Shown here piece by piece: positions 30,529 to 48,713 of a DNA stretch of 64,000 nucleotides. The stretch's first letter is position 1. Every line of letters starts with the position of its first letter. The notes beneath the pieces were generated by a model. The model did not search any database. It was not told where the DNA came from and saw nothing but the letters and a program-made list of their open reading frames with translations. The position numbers and the translations under genes are program-made. The stretch is from NCBI RefSeq assembly GCF_001677475.2, contig NZ_CP015229.1; one strand, written 5' to 3'. This DNA is from Escherichia coli (GTDB lineage Bacteria; Pseudomonadota; Gammaproteobacteria; Enterobacterales; Enterobacteriaceae).

Positions 30529-31470
30529 ATGATGGAAAACTATAAACATACTACGGTGCTGCTGGATGAAGCCGTTAATGGCCTCAATATCCGTCCTGAT
30601 GGCATCTACATTGATGGGACTTTTGGTCGCGGTGGTCACTCACGTCTGATCCTCTCGCAGCTTGGCGAAGAGGGGCGTTTGCTGGCGATCGATCGCGACC
30701 CGCAGGCTATCGCCGTTGCGAAGACTATTGATGATCCGCGCTTCTCCATCATCCACGGACCTTTCTCCGCGCTGGGCGAATACGTTGCCGAGCGCGATCT
30801 TATCGGCAAGATCGATGGCATTCTCCTCGATCTTGGCGTCTCTTCACCGCAACTTGATGATGCTGAACGCGGCTTTTCCTTTATGCGCGATGGTCCGCTG
30901 GACATGCGTATGGACCCAACCCGTGGGCAGTCAGCCGCTGAATGGCTACAAACCGCAGAAGAAGCTGATATCGCCTGGGTATTGAAAACCTATGGTGAAG
31001 AGCGTTTTGCCAAACGCATTGCCCGCGCCATTGTCGAGCGTAACCGCGAACAGCCAATGACCCGCACCAAAGAACTGGCGGAAGTCGTGGCTGCTGCAAC
31101 GCCGGTGAAAGATAAGTTTAAACATCCCGCGACCCGGACCTTCCAGGCGGTGCGCATTTGGGTAAACAGTGAACTGGAGGAGATAGAGCAGGCGCTAAAA
31201 AGCTCACTCAACGTGCTGGCCCCGGGTGGGCGGCTTTCGATCATCAGCTTCCACTCGCTGGAAGACCGTATTGTGAAACGTTTTATGCGTGAAAACAGCC
31301 GCGGTCCGCAAGTTCCGGCAGGGTTACCGATGACTGAAGAGCAGCTCAAAAAACTGGGTGGCCGTCAGCTGCGAGCACTAGGCAAGTTAATGCCGGGCGA
31401 AGAAGAGGTGGCTGAGAACCCTCGTGCCCGTAGTTCAGTTCTGCGTATTGCAGAGAGGACGAACGCATGA
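30529..31470 (+). CDS. rsmH: 16S rRNA m4C1402 methyltransferase RsmH (MraW)
   Basis: 313 aa from [16 protein letters not shown]. Confidence 0.95.
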
Positions 31471-31832
31471 TCAGCAGAGTGACAGAAGCTCTAAGCAAAG
31501 TTAAAGGATCGATGGGAAGCCACGAGCGCCATGCATTGCCTGGTGTTATCGGTGACGATCTTTTGCGATTTGGGAAGCTGCCACTCTGCCTGTTCATTTG
31601 CATTATTTTGACGGCGGTGACCGTGGTAACCACGGCGCACCATACCCGTTTACTGACCGCTCAGCGCGAACAACTGGTGCTGGAGCGAGATGCTTTAGAC
31701 ATTGAATGGCGCAACCTGATCCTTGAAGAGAATGCGCTCGGCGACCATAGCCGGGTGGAAAGGATCGCCACGGAAAAGCTGCAAATGCAGCATGTTGATC
31801 CGTCACAAGAAAATATCGTAGTGCAAAAATAA
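31467..31832 (+). CDS. ftsL: Cell division protein FtsL
   Basis: 121-aa ORF; dcw cluster order. Confidence 0.95.
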
Positions 31833-31847
31833 GGATAAACGCAACGC

Positions 31848-33614
31848 ATGAAAGCAGCGGCGAAAACGCAGAAACCAAAACGTCAGGAAGAACATGCCAA
31901 CTTTATCAGTTGGCGTTTTGCGTTGTTATGCGGCTGTATTCTCCTGGCGCTGGCTTTTCTGCTCGGACGCGTAGCGTGGTTACAAGTTATCTCCCCGGAT
32001 ATGCTGGTAAAAGAGGGCGACATGCGTTCTCTTCGCGTTCAGCAAGTTTCCACCTCCCGCGGCATGATTACTGACCGTTCTGGTCGCCCGTTAGCGGTGA
32101 GCGTGCCGGTAAAAGCGATTTGGGCTGACCCGAAAGAAGTGCATGACGCTGGCGGTATCAGCGTCGGTGACCGCTGGAAGGCGCTGGCTAACGCGCTCAA
32201 TATTCCGCTGGATCAGCTTTCAGCCCGCATTAACGCCAACCCGAAAGGGCGCTTTATTTATCTGGCGCGTCAGGTAAACCCTGACATGGCGGACTACATC
32301 AAGAAACTGAAACTGCCGGGGATTCATCTGCGTGAAGAATCTCGCCGTTATTATCCATCCGGCGAAGTGACCGCTCACCTTATCGGCTTTACTAACGTCG
32401 ATAGTCAGGGGATTGAGGGCGTCGAGAAGAGTTTCGATAAATGGCTTACCGGGCAGCCGGGTGAGCGCATTGTGCGTAAAGACCGCTATGGTCGCGTAAT
32501 TGAAGATATTTCTTCTACTGACAGCCAGGCAGCGCACAACCTGGCGCTGAGTATTGATGAACGCCTGCAGGCGCTGGTTTATCGCGAACTGAACAACGCG
32601 GTGGCCTTTAACAAGGCTGAATCTGGTAGCGCCGTGCTGGTGGATGTCAACACCGGTGAAGTGCTGGCGATGGCTAACAGCCCATCATACAACCCAAATA
32701 ATCTGAGCGGCACGCCGAAAGAGGCAATGCGTAACCGTACCATCACCGACGTGTTTGAACCAGGCTCAACGGTTAAACCGATGGTGGTGATGACCGCGTT
32801 GCAACGTGGCGTAGTGCGGGAAAACTCGGTACTCAATACCGTTCCTTATCGAATTAACGGCCACGAAATCAAAGACGTGGCACGCTACAGCGAATTAACC
32901 CTGACCGGGGTATTACAGAAGTCGAGTAACGTCGGTGTTTCCAAACTGGCGTTAGCGATGCCGTCCTCAGCGTTAGTAGATACTTACTCACGTTTTGGAC
33001 TGGGAAAAGCGACCAATTTGGGGTTGGTCGGAGAACGCAGTGGCTTATATCCTCAAAAACAACGGTGGTCTGACATAGAGAGGGCCACCTTCTCTTTCGG
33101 CTACGGGCTAATGGTAACACCGTTACAGTTAGCGCGAGTCTACGCAACTATCGGCAGCTACGGCATTTATCGCCCACTGTCGATTACCAAAGTTGACCCC
33201 CCGGTTCCCGGTGAACGTGTCTTCCCGGAATCCATTGTCCGCACCGTGGTGCATATGATGGAAAGCGTGGCGCTACCGGGCGGCGGCGGCGTGAAGGCGG
33301 CGATTAAAGGCTATCGTATCGCCATTAAAACCGGTACCGCGAAAAAGGTCGGGCCGGACGGTCGCTACATCAATAAATATATTGCTTATACCGCAGGCGT
33401 TGCGCCTGCGAGTCAGCCGCGCTTCGCGCTGGTTGTTGTTATCAACGATCCGCAGGCGGGTAAATACTACGGCGGCGCCGTTTCCGCGCCGGTCTTTGGT
33501 GCCATCATGGGCGGCGTATTGCGTACCATGAACATCGAGCCGGATGCGCTGACAACGGGCGATAAAAATGAATTTGTGATTAATCAAGGCGAGGGGACAG
33601 GTGGCAGATCGTAA
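31848..33614 (+). CDS. ftsI: Peptidoglycan transpeptidase FtsI (PBP3)
   Basis: 588-aa ORF with STVK, SSN, KTG motifs. Confidence 0.96.
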   Translation: MKAAAKTQKPKRQEEHANFISWRFALLCGCILLALAFLLGRVAWLQVISPDMLVKEGDMRSLRVQQVSTSRGMITDRSGRPLAVSVPVKAIWADPKEVHDAGGISVGDRWKALANALNIPLDQLSARINANPKGRFIYLARQVNPDMADYIKKLKLPGIHLREESRRYYPSGEVTAHLIGFTNVDSQGIEGVEKSFDKWLTGQPGERIVRKDRYGRVIEDISSTDSQAAHNLALSIDERLQALVYRELNNAVAFNKAESGSAVLVDVNTGEVLAMANSPSYNPNNLSGTPKEAMRNRTITDVFEPGSTVKPMVVMTALQRGVVRENSVLNTVPYRINGHEIKDVARYSELTLTGVLQKSSNVGVSKLALAMPSSALVDTYSRFGLGKATNLGLVGERSGLYPQKQRWSDIERATFSFGYGLMVTPLQLARVYATIGSYGIYRPLSITKVDPPVPGERVFPESIVRTVVHMMESVALPGGGGVKAAIKGYRIAIKTGTAKKVGPDGRYINKYIAYTAGVAPASQPRFALVVVINDPQAGKYYGGAVSAPVFGAIMGGVLRTMNIEPDALTTGDKNEFVINQGEGTGGRS

Positions 33615-35088
33615 TTTGCGCGACCTTCTTGCTCCGTGGGTGCCAGACGCACCTTCGCGAGCACTGCGAGAGATGACACTCGACAGCCGTTTGGCTGCGG
33701 CGGGCGATCTCTTTGTAGCTGTAGTAGGTCATCAGGCGGACGGGCGTCGATATATCCCGCAGGCGATAGCGCAAGGTGTGGCTGCCATTATTGCAGAGGC
33801 GAAAGATGAGGCGACCGACGGTGAAATCCGTGAAATGCACGGCGTACCGGTCATCTATCTCAGCCAGCTCAATGAGCGTTTATCTGCACTGGCGGGCCGC
33901 TTTTACCATGAACCCTCTGACAATTTACGTCTCGTAGGCGTAACGGGCACCAACGGCAAAACCACGACTACCCAGCTGCTGGCGCAGTGGAGCCAACTGC
34001 TTGGCGAAACCAGCGCGGTAATGGGCACCGTTGGTAACGGTCTGCTTGGGAAAGTGATCCCGACAGAAAATACTACCGGTTCGGCAGTCGATGTTCAGCA
34101 TGAGCTGGCGGGGCTGGTGGATCAGGGCGCGACGTTTTGCGCAATGGAAGTTTCCTCCCACGGGCTGGTACAGCACCGTGTGGCGGCATTGAAATTTGCG
34201 GCGTCGGTCTTTACCAACTTAAGCCGCGATCACCTTGATTATCATGGTGATATGGAACACTACGAAGCCGCGAAATGGCTGCTTTATTCTGAGCATCATT
34301 GCGGTCAGGCGATTATTAACGCCGACGATGAAGTGGGCCGCCGCTGGCTGGCAAAACTGCCGGACGCGGTTGCGGTATCAATGGAAGATCATATCAATCC
34401 GAACTGTCACGGACGCTGGTTAAAAGCGATCGACGTGAACTATCACGACAGCGGTGCGGTGATTCGCTTTAGCTCAAGTTGGGGCGATGGCGAAATTGAA
34501 AGTCATCTGATGGGCGCTTTTAACGTCAGTAACTTGCTGCTGGCGCTGGCGACACTGCTGGCACTTGGCTATCCATTGACTGAACTGTTGAAAACCGCCG
34601 CGCGTCTGCAACCGGTTTGCGGACGTATGGAAGTGTTCACTGCACCAGGCAAACCGACGGTGGTGGTGGATTACGCGCATACGCCGGATGCACTGGAAAA
34701 AGCCTTACAGGCGGCGCGGCTGCACTGTGCGGGCAAGCTGTGGTGCGTCTTTGGCTGCGGTGGCGATCGCGATAAAGGTAAGCGTCCACTGATGGGCGCA
34801 ATTGCCGAAGAGTTTGCTGACGTGGCGGTGGTGACGGACGATAACCCGCGTACCGAAGAACCGCGTGCCATCATCAACGATATTTTGGCGGGAATGTTAG
34901 ATGCCGGACATGCCAAAGTGATGGAAGGCCGTGCTGAAGCGGTGACTTGCGCCGTTATGCAGGCTAAAGAGAATGATGTGGTACTGGTCGCGGGCAAAGG
35001 CCATGAGGATTACCAGATTGTTGGCAATCAGCGTCTGGACTACTCCGATCGCGTCACGGTGGCGCGTCTGCTGGGGGTGATTGCATGA
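33601..35088 (+). CDS. murE: UDP-MurNAc-tripeptide synthetase (m-DAP adding)
   Basis: 495-aa Mur ligase. Confidence 0.96.
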   Translation: MADRNLRDLLAPWVPDAPSRALREMTLDSRLAAAGDLFVAVVGHQADGRRYIPQAIAQGVAAIIAEAKDEATDGEIREMHGVPVIYLSQLNERLSALAGRFYHEPSDNLRLVGVTGTNGKTTTTQLLAQWSQLLGETSAVMGTVGNGLLGKVIPTENTTGSAVDVQHELAGLVDQGATFCAMEVSSHGLVQHRVAALKFAASVFTNLSRDHLDYHGDMEHYEAAKWLLYSEHHCGQAIINADDEVGRRWLAKLPDAVAVSMEDHINPNCHGRWLKAIDVNYHDSGAVIRFSSSWGDGEIESHLMGAFNVSNLLLALATLLALGYPLTELLKTAARLQPVCGRMEVFTAPGKPTVVVDYAHTPDALEKALQAARLHCAGKLWCVFGCGGDRDKGKRPLMGAIAEEFADVAVVTDDNPRTEEPRAIINDILAGMLDAGHAKVMEGRAEAVTCAVMQAKENDVVLVAGKGHEDYQIVGNQRLDYSDRVTVARLLGVIA

Positions 35089-36443
35089 TTAGCGTAACCC
35101 TTAGCCAACTTACCGCTATTCTCAACGGTGAACTGCAAGGTGCAGATATCACCCTTGATGCTGTAACCACTGATACCCGTAAACTCACGCCGGGCTGCCT
35201 GTTTGTTGCCCTGAAAGGCGAACGTTTCGATGCTCATGATTTTGCCGACCAGGCGAAAGCTGGCGGCGCGGGCGCACTACTGGTCAGCCGTCCGCTGGAT
35301 ATCGATCTGCCGCAGTTAATCGTCAAGGATACGCGTCTGGCGTTTGGTGAACTGGCTGCATGGGTTCGCCAGCAAGTTCCGGCGCGCGTGGTTGCTCTGA
35401 CGGGTTCCTCCGGCAAAACCTCCGTTAAAGAGATGACGGCGGCGATTTTAAGCCAGTGCGGCAACACGCTTTATACGGCAGGCAATCTCAACAACGACAT
35501 CGGCGTGCCGATGACGCTGCTGCGCTTAACGCCGGAATACGATTACGCAGTTATTGAACTTGGCGCGAACCATCAGGGCGAAATTGCCTGGACTGTGAGT
35601 CTGACTCGCCCGGAAGCGGCGCTGGTCAATAACCTGGCGGCAGCGCATCTGGAAGGTTTCGGTTCTTTGGCTGGCGTGGCAAAAGCGAAAGGCGAAATCT
35701 TTAGCGGCCTGCCGGAAAACGGTATCGCCATTATGAATGCCGACAACAACGACTGGCTGAACTGGCAGAGCGTAATTGGCTCACGCAAAGTGTGGCGTTT
35801 CTCACCCAATGCCGCCAACAGCGATTTCACCGCCACCAACATCCATGTGACTTCGCACGGTACGGAATTTACCCTGCAAACCCCAACCGGTAGCGTCGAT
35901 GTTCTGCTGCCGCTTCCAGGGCGTCACAATATTGCGAATGCGCTGGCAGCCGCTGCGCTCTCCATGTCCGTGGGCGCAACGCTTGATGCTATCAAAGCGG
36001 GGCTGGCAAATCTGAAAGCTGTTCCAGGTCGTTTGTTCCCCATTCAACTGGCGGAAAACCAGTTGCTGCTTGACGACTCCTACAACGCTAACGTCGGTTC
36101 CATGACCGCCGCTGTTCAGGTTCTGGCTGAGATGCCGGGCTACCGTGTACTGGTTGTCGGCGATATGGCGGAACTGGGCGCTGAAAGCGAAGCCTGCCAT
36201 GTACAGGTGGGCGAAGCGGCAAAAGCTGCCGGTATTGACCGTGTATTAAGCGTGGGTAAACAAAGCCATGCTATCAGCACCGCCAGCGGTGTTGGCGAAC
36301 ATTTTGCTGATAAATCCGCGTTAATTACGCGTCTTAAGTCACTGATTGCAGAGCAACAGGTGATTACGATTTTAGTTAAGGGTTCACGTAGTGCTGCCAT
36401 GGAAGAGGTAGTACGCGCTTTACAGGAGAATGGGACATGTTAG
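35085..36443 (+). CDS. murF: UDP-MurNAc-pentapeptide synthetase
   Basis: 452-aa Mur ligase. Confidence 0.96.
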   Translation: MISVTLSQLTAILNGELQGADITLDAVTTDTRKLTPGCLFVALKGERFDAHDFADQAKAGGAGALLVSRPLDIDLPQLIVKDTRLAFGELAAWVRQQVPARVVALTGSSGKTSVKEMTAAILSQCGNTLYTAGNLNNDIGVPMTLLRLTPEYDYAVIELGANHQGEIAWTVSLTRPEAALVNNLAAAHLEGFGSLAGVAKAKGEIFSGLPENGIAIMNADNNDWLNWQSVIGSRKVWRFSPNAANSDFTATNIHVTSHGTEFTLQTPTGSVDVLLPLPGRHNIANALAAAALSMSVGATLDAIKAGLANLKAVPGRLFPIQLAENQLLLDDSYNANVGSMTAAVQVLAEMPGYRVLVVGDMAELGAESEACHVQVGEAAKAAGIDRVLSVGKQSHAISTASGVGEHFADKSALITRLKSLIAEQQVITILVKGSRSAAMEEVVRALQENGTC

Positions 36444-37519
36444 TTTGGCTGGCCGAACATTTGGTCAAATATTATTCCGGCTTTAACGTCTTTTCCTATC
36501 TGACGTTTCGCGCCATCGTCAGCCTGCTGACCGCGCTGTTCATCTCATTGTGGATGGGGCAGCGCATGATTGCTCATCTGCAAAAACTCTCCTTTGGTCA
36601 GGTGGTGCGTAACGATGGCCCGGAATCGCACTTCAGCAAGCGCGGTACGCCGACTATGGGCGGGATTATGATCCTGACGGCGATTGTGATCTCCGTACTG
36701 CTGTGGGCTTACCCGTCTAACCCGTATGTCTGGTGCGTACTGGTGGTGCTGGTTGGTTACGGCATCATTGGCTTCGTTGATGACTATCGCAAAGTGGTGC
36801 GCAAAGACACCAAAGGGTTGATCGCACGCTGGAAGTATTTCTGGATGTCGGTCATTGCTCTGGGTGTTGCTTTCGCTTTGTACCTTGCCGGCAAAGACAC
36901 GCCCGCAACGCAGTTGGTGGTCCCATTCTTTAAAGATGTGATGCCGCAACTGGGGCTGTTCTACATTCTGCTGGCTTACTTCGTCATTGTGGGTACTGGC
37001 AACGCGGTAAACCTGACCGATGGTCTTGACGGTCTGGCAATTATGCCGACCGTATTTGTCGCCGGTGGTTTTGCACTGGTGGCGTGGGCGACCGGCAATA
37101 TGAACTTTGCCAGCTATTTACACATACCGTATCTGCGACACGCCGGGGAACTGGTTATTGTCTGTACCGCGATAGTCGGGGCAGGACTGGGCTTCCTGTG
37201 GTTTAACACTTATCCGGCGCAGGTATTTATGGGCGATGTAGGTTCGCTGGCGTTAGGTGGTGCGTTAGGCATTATCGCCGTACTGCTGCGTCAGGAATTC
37301 CTGCTGGTGATTATGGGGGGCGTGTTCGTGGTAGAAACGCTTTCTGTCATCCTGCAGGTCGGCTCCTTTAAACTGCGCGGACAACGTATTTTCCGCATGG
37401 CACCGATTCATCACCACTATGAACTGAAAGGCTGGCCGGAACCGCGCGTCATTGTGCGTTTCTGGATTATTTCGCTGATGCTGGTCCTGATTGGTCTGGC
37501 AACGCTGAAGGTACGTTAA
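36437..37519 (+). CDS. mraY: Phospho-MurNAc-pentapeptide translocase
   Basis: 360-aa membrane ORF. Confidence 0.96.
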   Translation: MLVWLAEHLVKYYSGFNVFSYLTFRAIVSLLTALFISLWMGQRMIAHLQKLSFGQVVRNDGPESHFSKRGTPTMGGIMILTAIVISVLLWAYPSNPYVWCVLVVLVGYGIIGFVDDYRKVVRKDTKGLIARWKYFWMSVIALGVAFALYLAGKDTPATQLVVPFFKDVMPQLGLFYILLAYFVIVGTGNAVNLTDGLDGLAIMPTVFVAGGFALVAWATGNMNFASYLHIPYLRHAGELVIVCTAIVGAGLGFLWFNTYPAQVFMGDVGSLALGGALGIIAVLLRQEFLLVIMGGVFVVETLSVILQVGSFKLRGQRIFRMAPIHHHYELKGWPEPRVIVRFWIISLMLVLIGLATLKVR

Positions 37520-37521
37520 TC

Positions 37522-38838
37522 ATGGCTGATTACCAGGGTAAAAATGTTGTCATTATCGGCCTGGGCCTCACCGGGCTTTCCTGCGTGGACTTTTTCCTCG
37601 CTCGCGGTGTGACGCCGCGCGTTATGGATACGCGTATGACACCGCCTGGCCTGGATAAATTACCCGAAGCCGTAGAACGCCACACGGGCGGTCTGAATGA
37701 TGAATGGCTGATGGCGGCCGATCTGATTGTCGCCAGTCCCGGTATTGCACTTGCGCATCCATCCTTAAGCGCTGCCGCTGATGCCGGAATCGAAATTGTT
37801 GGCGATATCGAGCTGTTCTGTCGCGAAGCACAAGCACCAATTGTGGCGATTACCGGTTCTAACGGCAAAAGCACGGTCACCACGCTAGTGGGTGAAATGG
37901 CGAAAGCGGCGGGGGTTAACGTTGGTGTGGGTGGCAATATTGGCCTGCCTGCGTTGATGCTGCTGGATGATGAGTGCGAACTGTACGTGCTGGAGCTGTC
38001 GAGCTTCCAGCTTGAAACCACCTCCAGTTTACAGGCGGTAGCAGCGACCATTCTGAACGTGACTGAAGATCATATGGATCGCTATCCGTTTGGTTTACAA
38101 CAGTATCGTGCAGCAAAACTGCGCATTTACGAAAACGCAAAAATTTGCGTGGTTAATGCTGATGATGCCTTAACAATGCCGATTCGCGGTGCGGATGAAC
38201 GCTGCGTCAGCTTTGGCGTCAACATGGGTGACTATCACCTGAATCATCAGCAGGGTGAAACCTGGCTGCGGGTGAAGGGCGAGAAAGTGCTGAACGTGAA
38301 AGAAATGAAACTTTCTGGGCAGCATAACTACACCAATGCGCTGGCGGCGCTGGCGCTGGCAGATGCCGCAGGGTTACCGCGTGCCAGCAGCCTGAAAGCG
38401 TTAACCACATTCACTGGTCTGCCGCATCGCTTTGAAGTTGTGCTGGAGCATAACGGCGTACGCTGGATTAACGATTCAAAAGCGACCAACGTCGGCAGTA
38501 CGGAAGCGGCACTGAATGGCCTGCACGTAGACGGCACGCTGCATTTGTTGCTGGGCGGCGATGGTAAATCGGCAGATTTTAGCCCACTGGCGCGTTACCT
38601 GAATGGCGATAACGTACGTCTGTATTGTTTCGGTCGGGACGGCGCGCAGCTGGCGGCGCTACGCCCGGAAGTGGCAGAACAAACCGAAACCATGGAACAG
38701 GCGATGCGCTTGCTGGCTCCGCGTGTTCAGCCGGGCGATATGGTTCTGCTCTCCCCGGCCTGTGCCAGCCTTGATCAGTTCAAGAACTTTGAACAACGAG
38801 GCAATGAGTTTGCCCGTCTGGCGAAGGAGTTAGGTTGA
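37522..38838 (+). CDS. murD: UDP-MurNAc-L-Ala:D-Glu ligase
   Basis: 438-aa Mur ligase. Confidence 0.96.
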
Positions 38839-40082
38839 TGCGTTTATCTCTCCCTCGCCTGAAAATGCCGCGCCTGCCAGGATTCAGTATCCTGGTCTGG
38901 ATCTCCACGGCGCTAAAGGGCTGGGTGATGGGCTCGCGGGAAAAAGATACCGACAGCCTGATCATGTACGATCGCACCTTACTGTGGCTGACCTTCGGCC
39001 TCGCGGCGATTGGCTTTATCATGGTGACCTCGGCGTCAATGCCCATAGGGCAACGCTTAACCAACGATCCGTTCTTCTTCGCGAAGCGTGATGGCGTCTA
39101 TCTGATCCTGGCGTTCATTCTGGCGATCATTACGCTGCGTCTGCCGATGGAGTTCTGGCAACGCTACAGTGCCACGATGCTGCTCGGCTCTATCATCCTG
39201 CTGATGATCGTTCTGGTAGTGGGTAGCTCGGTTAAAGGGGCATCGCGTTGGATCGATCTCGGTTTGCTGCGTATCCAGCCTGCGGAGCTGACAAAACTGT
39301 CGCTGTTTTGCTATATCGCCAACTATCTGGTGCGTAAAGGCGACGAAGTACGTAATAACCTGCGCGGCTTCCTGAAACCGATGGGCGTGATTCTGGTGTT
39401 GGCAGTGTTACTGCTGGCACAGCCAGACCTTGGTACGGTGGTGGTGTTGTTTGTGACTACGCTGGCGATGTTGTTCCTGGCGGGAGCGAAATTGTGGCAG
39501 TTCATTGCCATTATTGGTATGGGCATTTCAGCGGTTGTGTTGCTGATCCTCGCCGAACCGTACCGTATCCGCCGTGTTACCGCATTCTGGAACCCGTGGG
39601 AAGATCCCTTTGGCAGCGGCTATCAGTTAACGCAATCGCTGATGGCGTTTGGTCGCGGCGAACTTTGGGGGCAAGGTTTAGGTAACTCGGTACAAAAACT
39701 GGAGTATCTGCCGGAAGCGCACACTGACTTTATTTTCGCCATTATCGGCGAAGAATTAGGTTATGTCGGTGTGGTACTAGCACTTTTAATGGTATTCTTC
39801 GTCGCTTTTCGTGCGATGTCGATTGGCCGCAAAGCATTAGAAATTGACCACCGTTTTTCCGGTTTTCTCGCCTGTTCCATTGGCATCTGGTTTAGCTTCC
39901 AGGCGCTGGTTAACGTAGGCGCGGCGGCGGGGATGTTACCGACCAAAGGTCTGACATTGCCGCTGATCAGTTACGGTGGTTCGAGCTTACTGATTATGTC
40001 GACAGCCATCATGATGCTGTTGCGTATTGATTATGAAACGCGTCTGGAGAAAGCGCAGGCGTTTGTACGAGGTTCACGATGA
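38838..40082 (+). CDS. ftsW: Lipid II flippase / SEDS protein FtsW
   Basis: 414 aa from [13 protein letters not shown] (track ORF starts one codon earlier). Confidence 0.94.
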
Positions 40083-41146
40083 GTGGTCAAGGAAAGCGAT
40101 TAATGGTGATGGCAGGCGGAACCGGTGGACATGTATTCCCGGGACTGGCGGTTGCGCACCATCTAATGGCTCAGGGTTGGCAAGTTCGTTGGCTGGGGAC
40201 TGCCGACCGTATGGAAGCGGACTTAGTGCCAAAACATGGCATCGAAATTGATTTCATTCGTATCTCTGGTCTGCGTGGAAAAGGTATAAAAGCACTGATA
40301 GCTGCGCCGCTGCGTATCTTCAACGCCTGGCGTCAGGCACGGGCGATTATGAAAGCGTACAAACCAGACGTGGTGCTCGGTATGGGCGGCTACGTATCAG
40401 GTCCAGGTGGTCTGGCCGCGTGGTCGTTAGGCATTCCGGTCGTACTGCACGAGCAAAACGGCATCGCGGGCTTAACCAATAAATGGCTGGCAAAAATTGC
40501 CACTAAAGTGATGCAGGCATTTCCGGGGGCTTTCCCTAATGCGGAAGTGGTGGGTAACCCGGTGCGTACCGATGTGCTGGCGCTGCCGTTGCCGCAGCAA
40601 CGTTTGGCTGGACGTGAAGGTCCGGTTCGTGTGTTGGTAGTGGGTGGTTCACAGGGCGCACGCATTCTTAACCAGACAATGCCGCAGGTTGCTGCGAAAC
40701 TGGGTGATTCAGTCACTATCTGGCATCAGAGCGGCAAAGGTTCGCAACAATCCGTTGAACAGGCGTATGCCGAAGCGGGGCAACCGCAGCATAAAGTGAC
40801 GGAATTTATTGATGATATGGCGGCGGCGTATGCGTGGGCGGATGTCGTCGTTTGCCGCTCCGGTGCGTTAACGGTGAGTGAAATCGCCGCGGCAGGACTA
40901 CCGGCGTTGTTTGTGCCGTTTCAACATAAAGACCGCCAGCAATACTGGAATGCGCTACCGCTGGAAAAAGCGGGCGCAGCCAAAATTATCGAGCAGCCAC
41001 AGCTTAGCGTGGATGCTGTCGCCAACACCCTGGCCGGGTGGTCGCGAGAAACCTTATTAACCATGGCAGAACGCGCCCGCGCTGCATCCATTCCGGATGC
41101 CACCGAGCGAGTGGCAAATGAAGTGAGCCGGGCTGCCCGGGCGTAA
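40079..41146 (+). CDS. murG: UDP-GlcNAc:lipid I GlcNAc transferase MurG
   Basis: 355-aa ORF. Confidence 0.96.
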
Positions 41147-41199
41147 TTGTAGCGATGCCTTTTGCATCGTATGAATTTAAGAAGTTAATGGCGTAAAGA

Positions 41200-43588
<2,389 letters not shown>

Positions 43589-43589
43589 T

Positions 43590-44420
43590 ATGTCGCAGGC
43601 TGCTCTGAACACGCGAAACAGCGAAGAAGAGGTTTCTTCTCGCCGCAATAATGGAACGCGTCTGGCGGGGATCCTTTTCCTGCTGACCGTTTTAACGACA
43701 GTGTTGGTGAGCGGCTGGGTCGTGTTGGGCTGGATGGAAGATGCGCAACGCCTGCCGCTCTCAAAGCTGGTGTTGACCGGTGAACGCCATTACACACGTA
43801 ATGACGATATCCGGCAGTCGATCCTGGCATTGGGTGAGCCGGGTACCTTTATGACCCAGGATGTCAACATCATCCAGACGCAAATAGAACAACGCCTGCC
43901 GTGGATTAAGCAGGTGAGCGTCAGAAAGCAGTGGCCTGATGAATTGAAGATTCATCTGGTTGAATATGTGCCGATTGCGCGGTGGAATGATCAACACATG
44001 GTAGACGCGGAAGGAAACACCTTCAGCGTGCCGCCAGATCGCACCAGCAAGCAGGTGCTTCCAATGCTGTATGGCCCGGAAGGCAGCGCCAATGAAGTGT
44101 TGCAGGGCTATCGCGAAATGGGGCAGATGCTGGCAAAGGACAGATTTACTCTGAAGGAAGCGGCGATGACCGCGCGGCGTTCCTGGCAGTTGACGCTGAA
44201 TAACGATATTAAGCTCAATCTTGGCCGGGGCGATACGATGAAACGTTTGGCTCGCTTTGTAGAACTTTATCCGGTTTTACAGCAGCAGGCGCAAACCGAT
44301 GGCAAACGGATTAGCTACGTTGATTTGCGTTATGACTCTGGAGCAGCAGTAGGCTGGGCGTCCTTGCCACCAGAGGAATCTACTCAGCAACAAAATCAGG
44401 CACAGGCAGAACAACAATGA
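43590..44420 (+). CDS. ftsQ: Cell division protein FtsQ
   Basis: 276-aa ORF. Confidence 0.95.
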   Translation: MSQAALNTRNSEEEVSSRRNNGTRLAGILFLLTVLTTVLVSGWVVLGWMEDAQRLPLSKLVLTGERHYTRNDDIRQSILALGEPGTFMTQDVNIIQTQIEQRLPWIKQVSVRKQWPDELKIHLVEYVPIARWNDQHMVDAEGNTFSVPPDRTSKQVLPMLYGPEGSANEVLQGYREMGQMLAKDRFTLKEAAMTARRSWQLTLNNDIKLNLGRGDTMKRLARFVELYPVLQQQAQTDGKRISYVDLRYDSGAAVGWASLPPEESTQQQNQAQAEQQ

Positions 44421-45679
44421 TCAAGGCGACGGACAGAAAACTGGTAGTAGGACTGGAGATTGGTACCGCGAAGGTTGCCGCTTTAGTAGGGGAAGTTCTG
44501 CCCGACGGTATGGTCAATATCATTGGCGTGGGCAGTTGCCCGTCGCGTGGTATGGATAAAGGCGGGGTGAACGACCTCGAATCCGTGGTCAAGTGCGTAC
44601 AACGTGCCATTGACCAGGCAGAATTGATGGCAGATTGTCAGATCTCTTCGGTATATCTGGCGCTTTCTGGTAAGCACATCAGCTGCCAGAATGAAATTGG
44701 TATGGTGCCTATTTCTGAAGAAGAAGTAACGCAAGAAGATGTGGAAAACGTCGTCCATACCGCGAAATCGGTGCGTGTGCGCGATGAGCATCGTGTACTG
44801 CATGTGATCCCGCAAGAGTATGCGATTGACTATCAGGAAGGGATCAAGAATCCGGTAGGACTTTCGGGCGTGCGGATGCAGGCAAAAGTGCACCTGATCA
44901 CATGTCACAACGATATGGCGAAAAACATCGTCAAAGCGGTTGAACGTTGTGGGCTGAAAGTTGACCAACTGATATTTGCCGGACTGGCATCAAGTTATTC
45001 GGTATTGACGGAAGATGAACGTGAACTGGGTGTCTGCGTCGTTGATATCGGTGGTGGTACAATGGATATCGCCGTTTATACCGGTGGGGCATTGCGCCAC
45101 ACTAAGGTAATTCCTTATGCTGGCAATGTCGTGACCAGTGATATCGCTTACGCCTTTGGCACGCCGCCAAGCGACGCCGAAGCGATTAAAGTTCGCCACG
45201 GTTGTGCGCTGGGTTCCATCGTTGGAAAAGATGAGAGCGTGGAAGTGCCGAGCGTAGGCGGTCGTCCGCCGCGGAGTCTGCAACGTCAGACCCTGGCAGA
45301 GGTGATCGAGCCGCGCTATACCGAGCTGCTCAACCTGGTCAACGAAGAGATATTGCAGTTGCAGGAAAAGCTTCGCCAACAAGGGGTTAAACATCACCTG
45401 GCGGCAGGCATTGTTTTAACTGGTGGTGCAGCGCAGATCGAAGGTCTTGCAGCCTGTGCTCAGCGCGTGTTTCATACGCAAGTGCGTATCGGTGCGCCGC
45501 TGAACATTACCGGTTTAACGGATTATGCTCAGGAGCCGTATTATTCGACGGCGGTGGGATTGCTTCACTATGGGAAAGAGTCACATCTTAACGGTGAAGC
45601 TGAAGTAGAAAAACGTGTTACAGCATCAGTTGGCTCGTGGATCAAGCGACTCAATAGTTGGCTGCGAAAAGAGTTTTAA
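44417..45679 (+). CDS. ftsA: Cell division protein FtsA
   Basis: 420-aa actin-like ORF. Confidence 0.96.
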   Translation: MIKATDRKLVVGLEIGTAKVAALVGEVLPDGMVNIIGVGSCPSRGMDKGGVNDLESVVKCVQRAIDQAELMADCQISSVYLALSGKHISCQNEIGMVPISEEEVTQEDVENVVHTAKSVRVRDEHRVLHVIPQEYAIDYQEGIKNPVGLSGVRMQAKVHLITCHNDMAKNIVKAVERCGLKVDQLIFAGLASSYSVLTEDERELGVCVVDIGGGTMDIAVYTGGALRHTKVIPYAGNVVTSDIAYAFGTPPSDAEAIKVRHGCALGSIVGKDESVEVPSVGGRPPRSLQRQTLAEVIEPRYTELLNLVNEEILQLQEKLRQQGVKHHLAAGIVLTGGAAQIEGLAACAQRVFHTQVRIGAPLNITGLTDYAQEPYYSTAVGLLHYGKESHLNGEAEVEKRVTASVGSWIKRLNSWLRKEF

Positions 45680-45739
45680 TTTTTATGAGGCCGACGATGA
45701 TTACGGCCTCAGGCGACAGGCACAAATCGGAGAGAAACT

Positions 45740-46891
45740 ATGTTTGAACCAATGGAACTTACCAATGACGCGGTGATTAAAGTCATCGGCGTCGGCGGCG
45801 GCGGCGGTAATGCTGTTGAACACATGGTGCGCGAACGCATTGAAGGTGTTGAATTCTTCGCGGTAAATACCGATGCACAAGCGCTGCGTAAAACAGCGGT
45901 TGGACAGACGATTCAAATCGGTAGCGGTATCACCAAAGGACTGGGCGCTGGCGCTAATCCAGAAGTTGGCCGCAATGCGGCTGATGAGGATCGCGATGCA
46001 CTGCGTGCGGCGCTGGAAGGTGCAGACATGGTCTTTATTGCTGCAGGTATGGGTGGAGGTACCGGTACAGGTGCAGCACCAGTCGTCGCTGAAGTGGCAA
46101 AAGATTTGGGTATCCTGACCGTTGCTGTCGTCACTAAGCCTTTCAACTTTGAAGGCAAGAAGCGTATGGCATTCGCGGAGCAGGGGATCACTGAACTGTC
46201 CAAGCATGTGGACTCTCTGATCACTATCCCGAACGACAAACTGCTGAAAGTTCTGGGCCGCGGTATCTCCCTTCTGGATGCGTTTGGCGCAGCGAACGAC
46301 GTACTCAAAGGCGCTGTGCAAGGTATCGCCGAACTGATTACTCGTCCGGGTTTGATGAATGTGGACTTTGCAGACGTACGCACCGTAATGTCTGAAATGG
46401 GCTACGCAATGATGGGTTCTGGCGTGGCGAGCGGTGAAGACCGTGCGGAAGAAGCTGCTGAAATGGCTATCTCTTCTCCGCTGCTGGAAGATATCGACCT
46501 GTCTGGCGCACGCGGCGTGCTGGTTAACATCACGGCGGGCTTCGACCTGCGTCTGGATGAGTTCGAAACGGTAGGTAACACCATCCGTGCATTTGCTTCC
46601 GACAACGCGACTGTGGTTATCGGTACTTCTCTTGACCCGGATATGAATGACGAGCTGCGCGTAACTGTTGTTGCGACAGGTATCGGCATGGACAAACGTC
46701 CTGAAATCACTCTGGTGACCAATAAGCAGGTTCAGCAGCCAGTGATGGATCGCTACCAGCAGCACGGGATGGCTCCGCTGACCCAGGAGCAGAAGCCGGT
46801 TGCTAAAGTCGTGAATGACAATGCACCGCAAACTGCGAAAGAGCCGGATTATCTGGATATCCCAGCATTCCTGCGTAAGCAAGCTGATTAA
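45740..46891 (+). CDS. ftsZ: Cell division GTPase FtsZ
   Basis: 383-aa ORF with tubulin signature GGGTGTG. Confidence 0.97.
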
Positions 46892-46970
46892 GAATTGACT
46901 GGAATTTGGGTTTCGAGGCTCTTTGTGCTAAACTGGCCCGCCGAATGTATAGTACACTTCGGTTGGATAG

Positions 46971-47909
<939 letters not shown>

Positions 47910-47971
47910 CGACATTTACACTGTCGTATAAAATTCGACTGGCAAATCTGGCACTCTCTCCGGCCAGGTGA

Positions 47972-48652
<681 letters not shown>

Positions 48653-48713
48653 CAACAATAAACCTTTACTTCATTTTATTAACTCCGCAACGCGGGGCGT
48701 TTGAGATTTTATT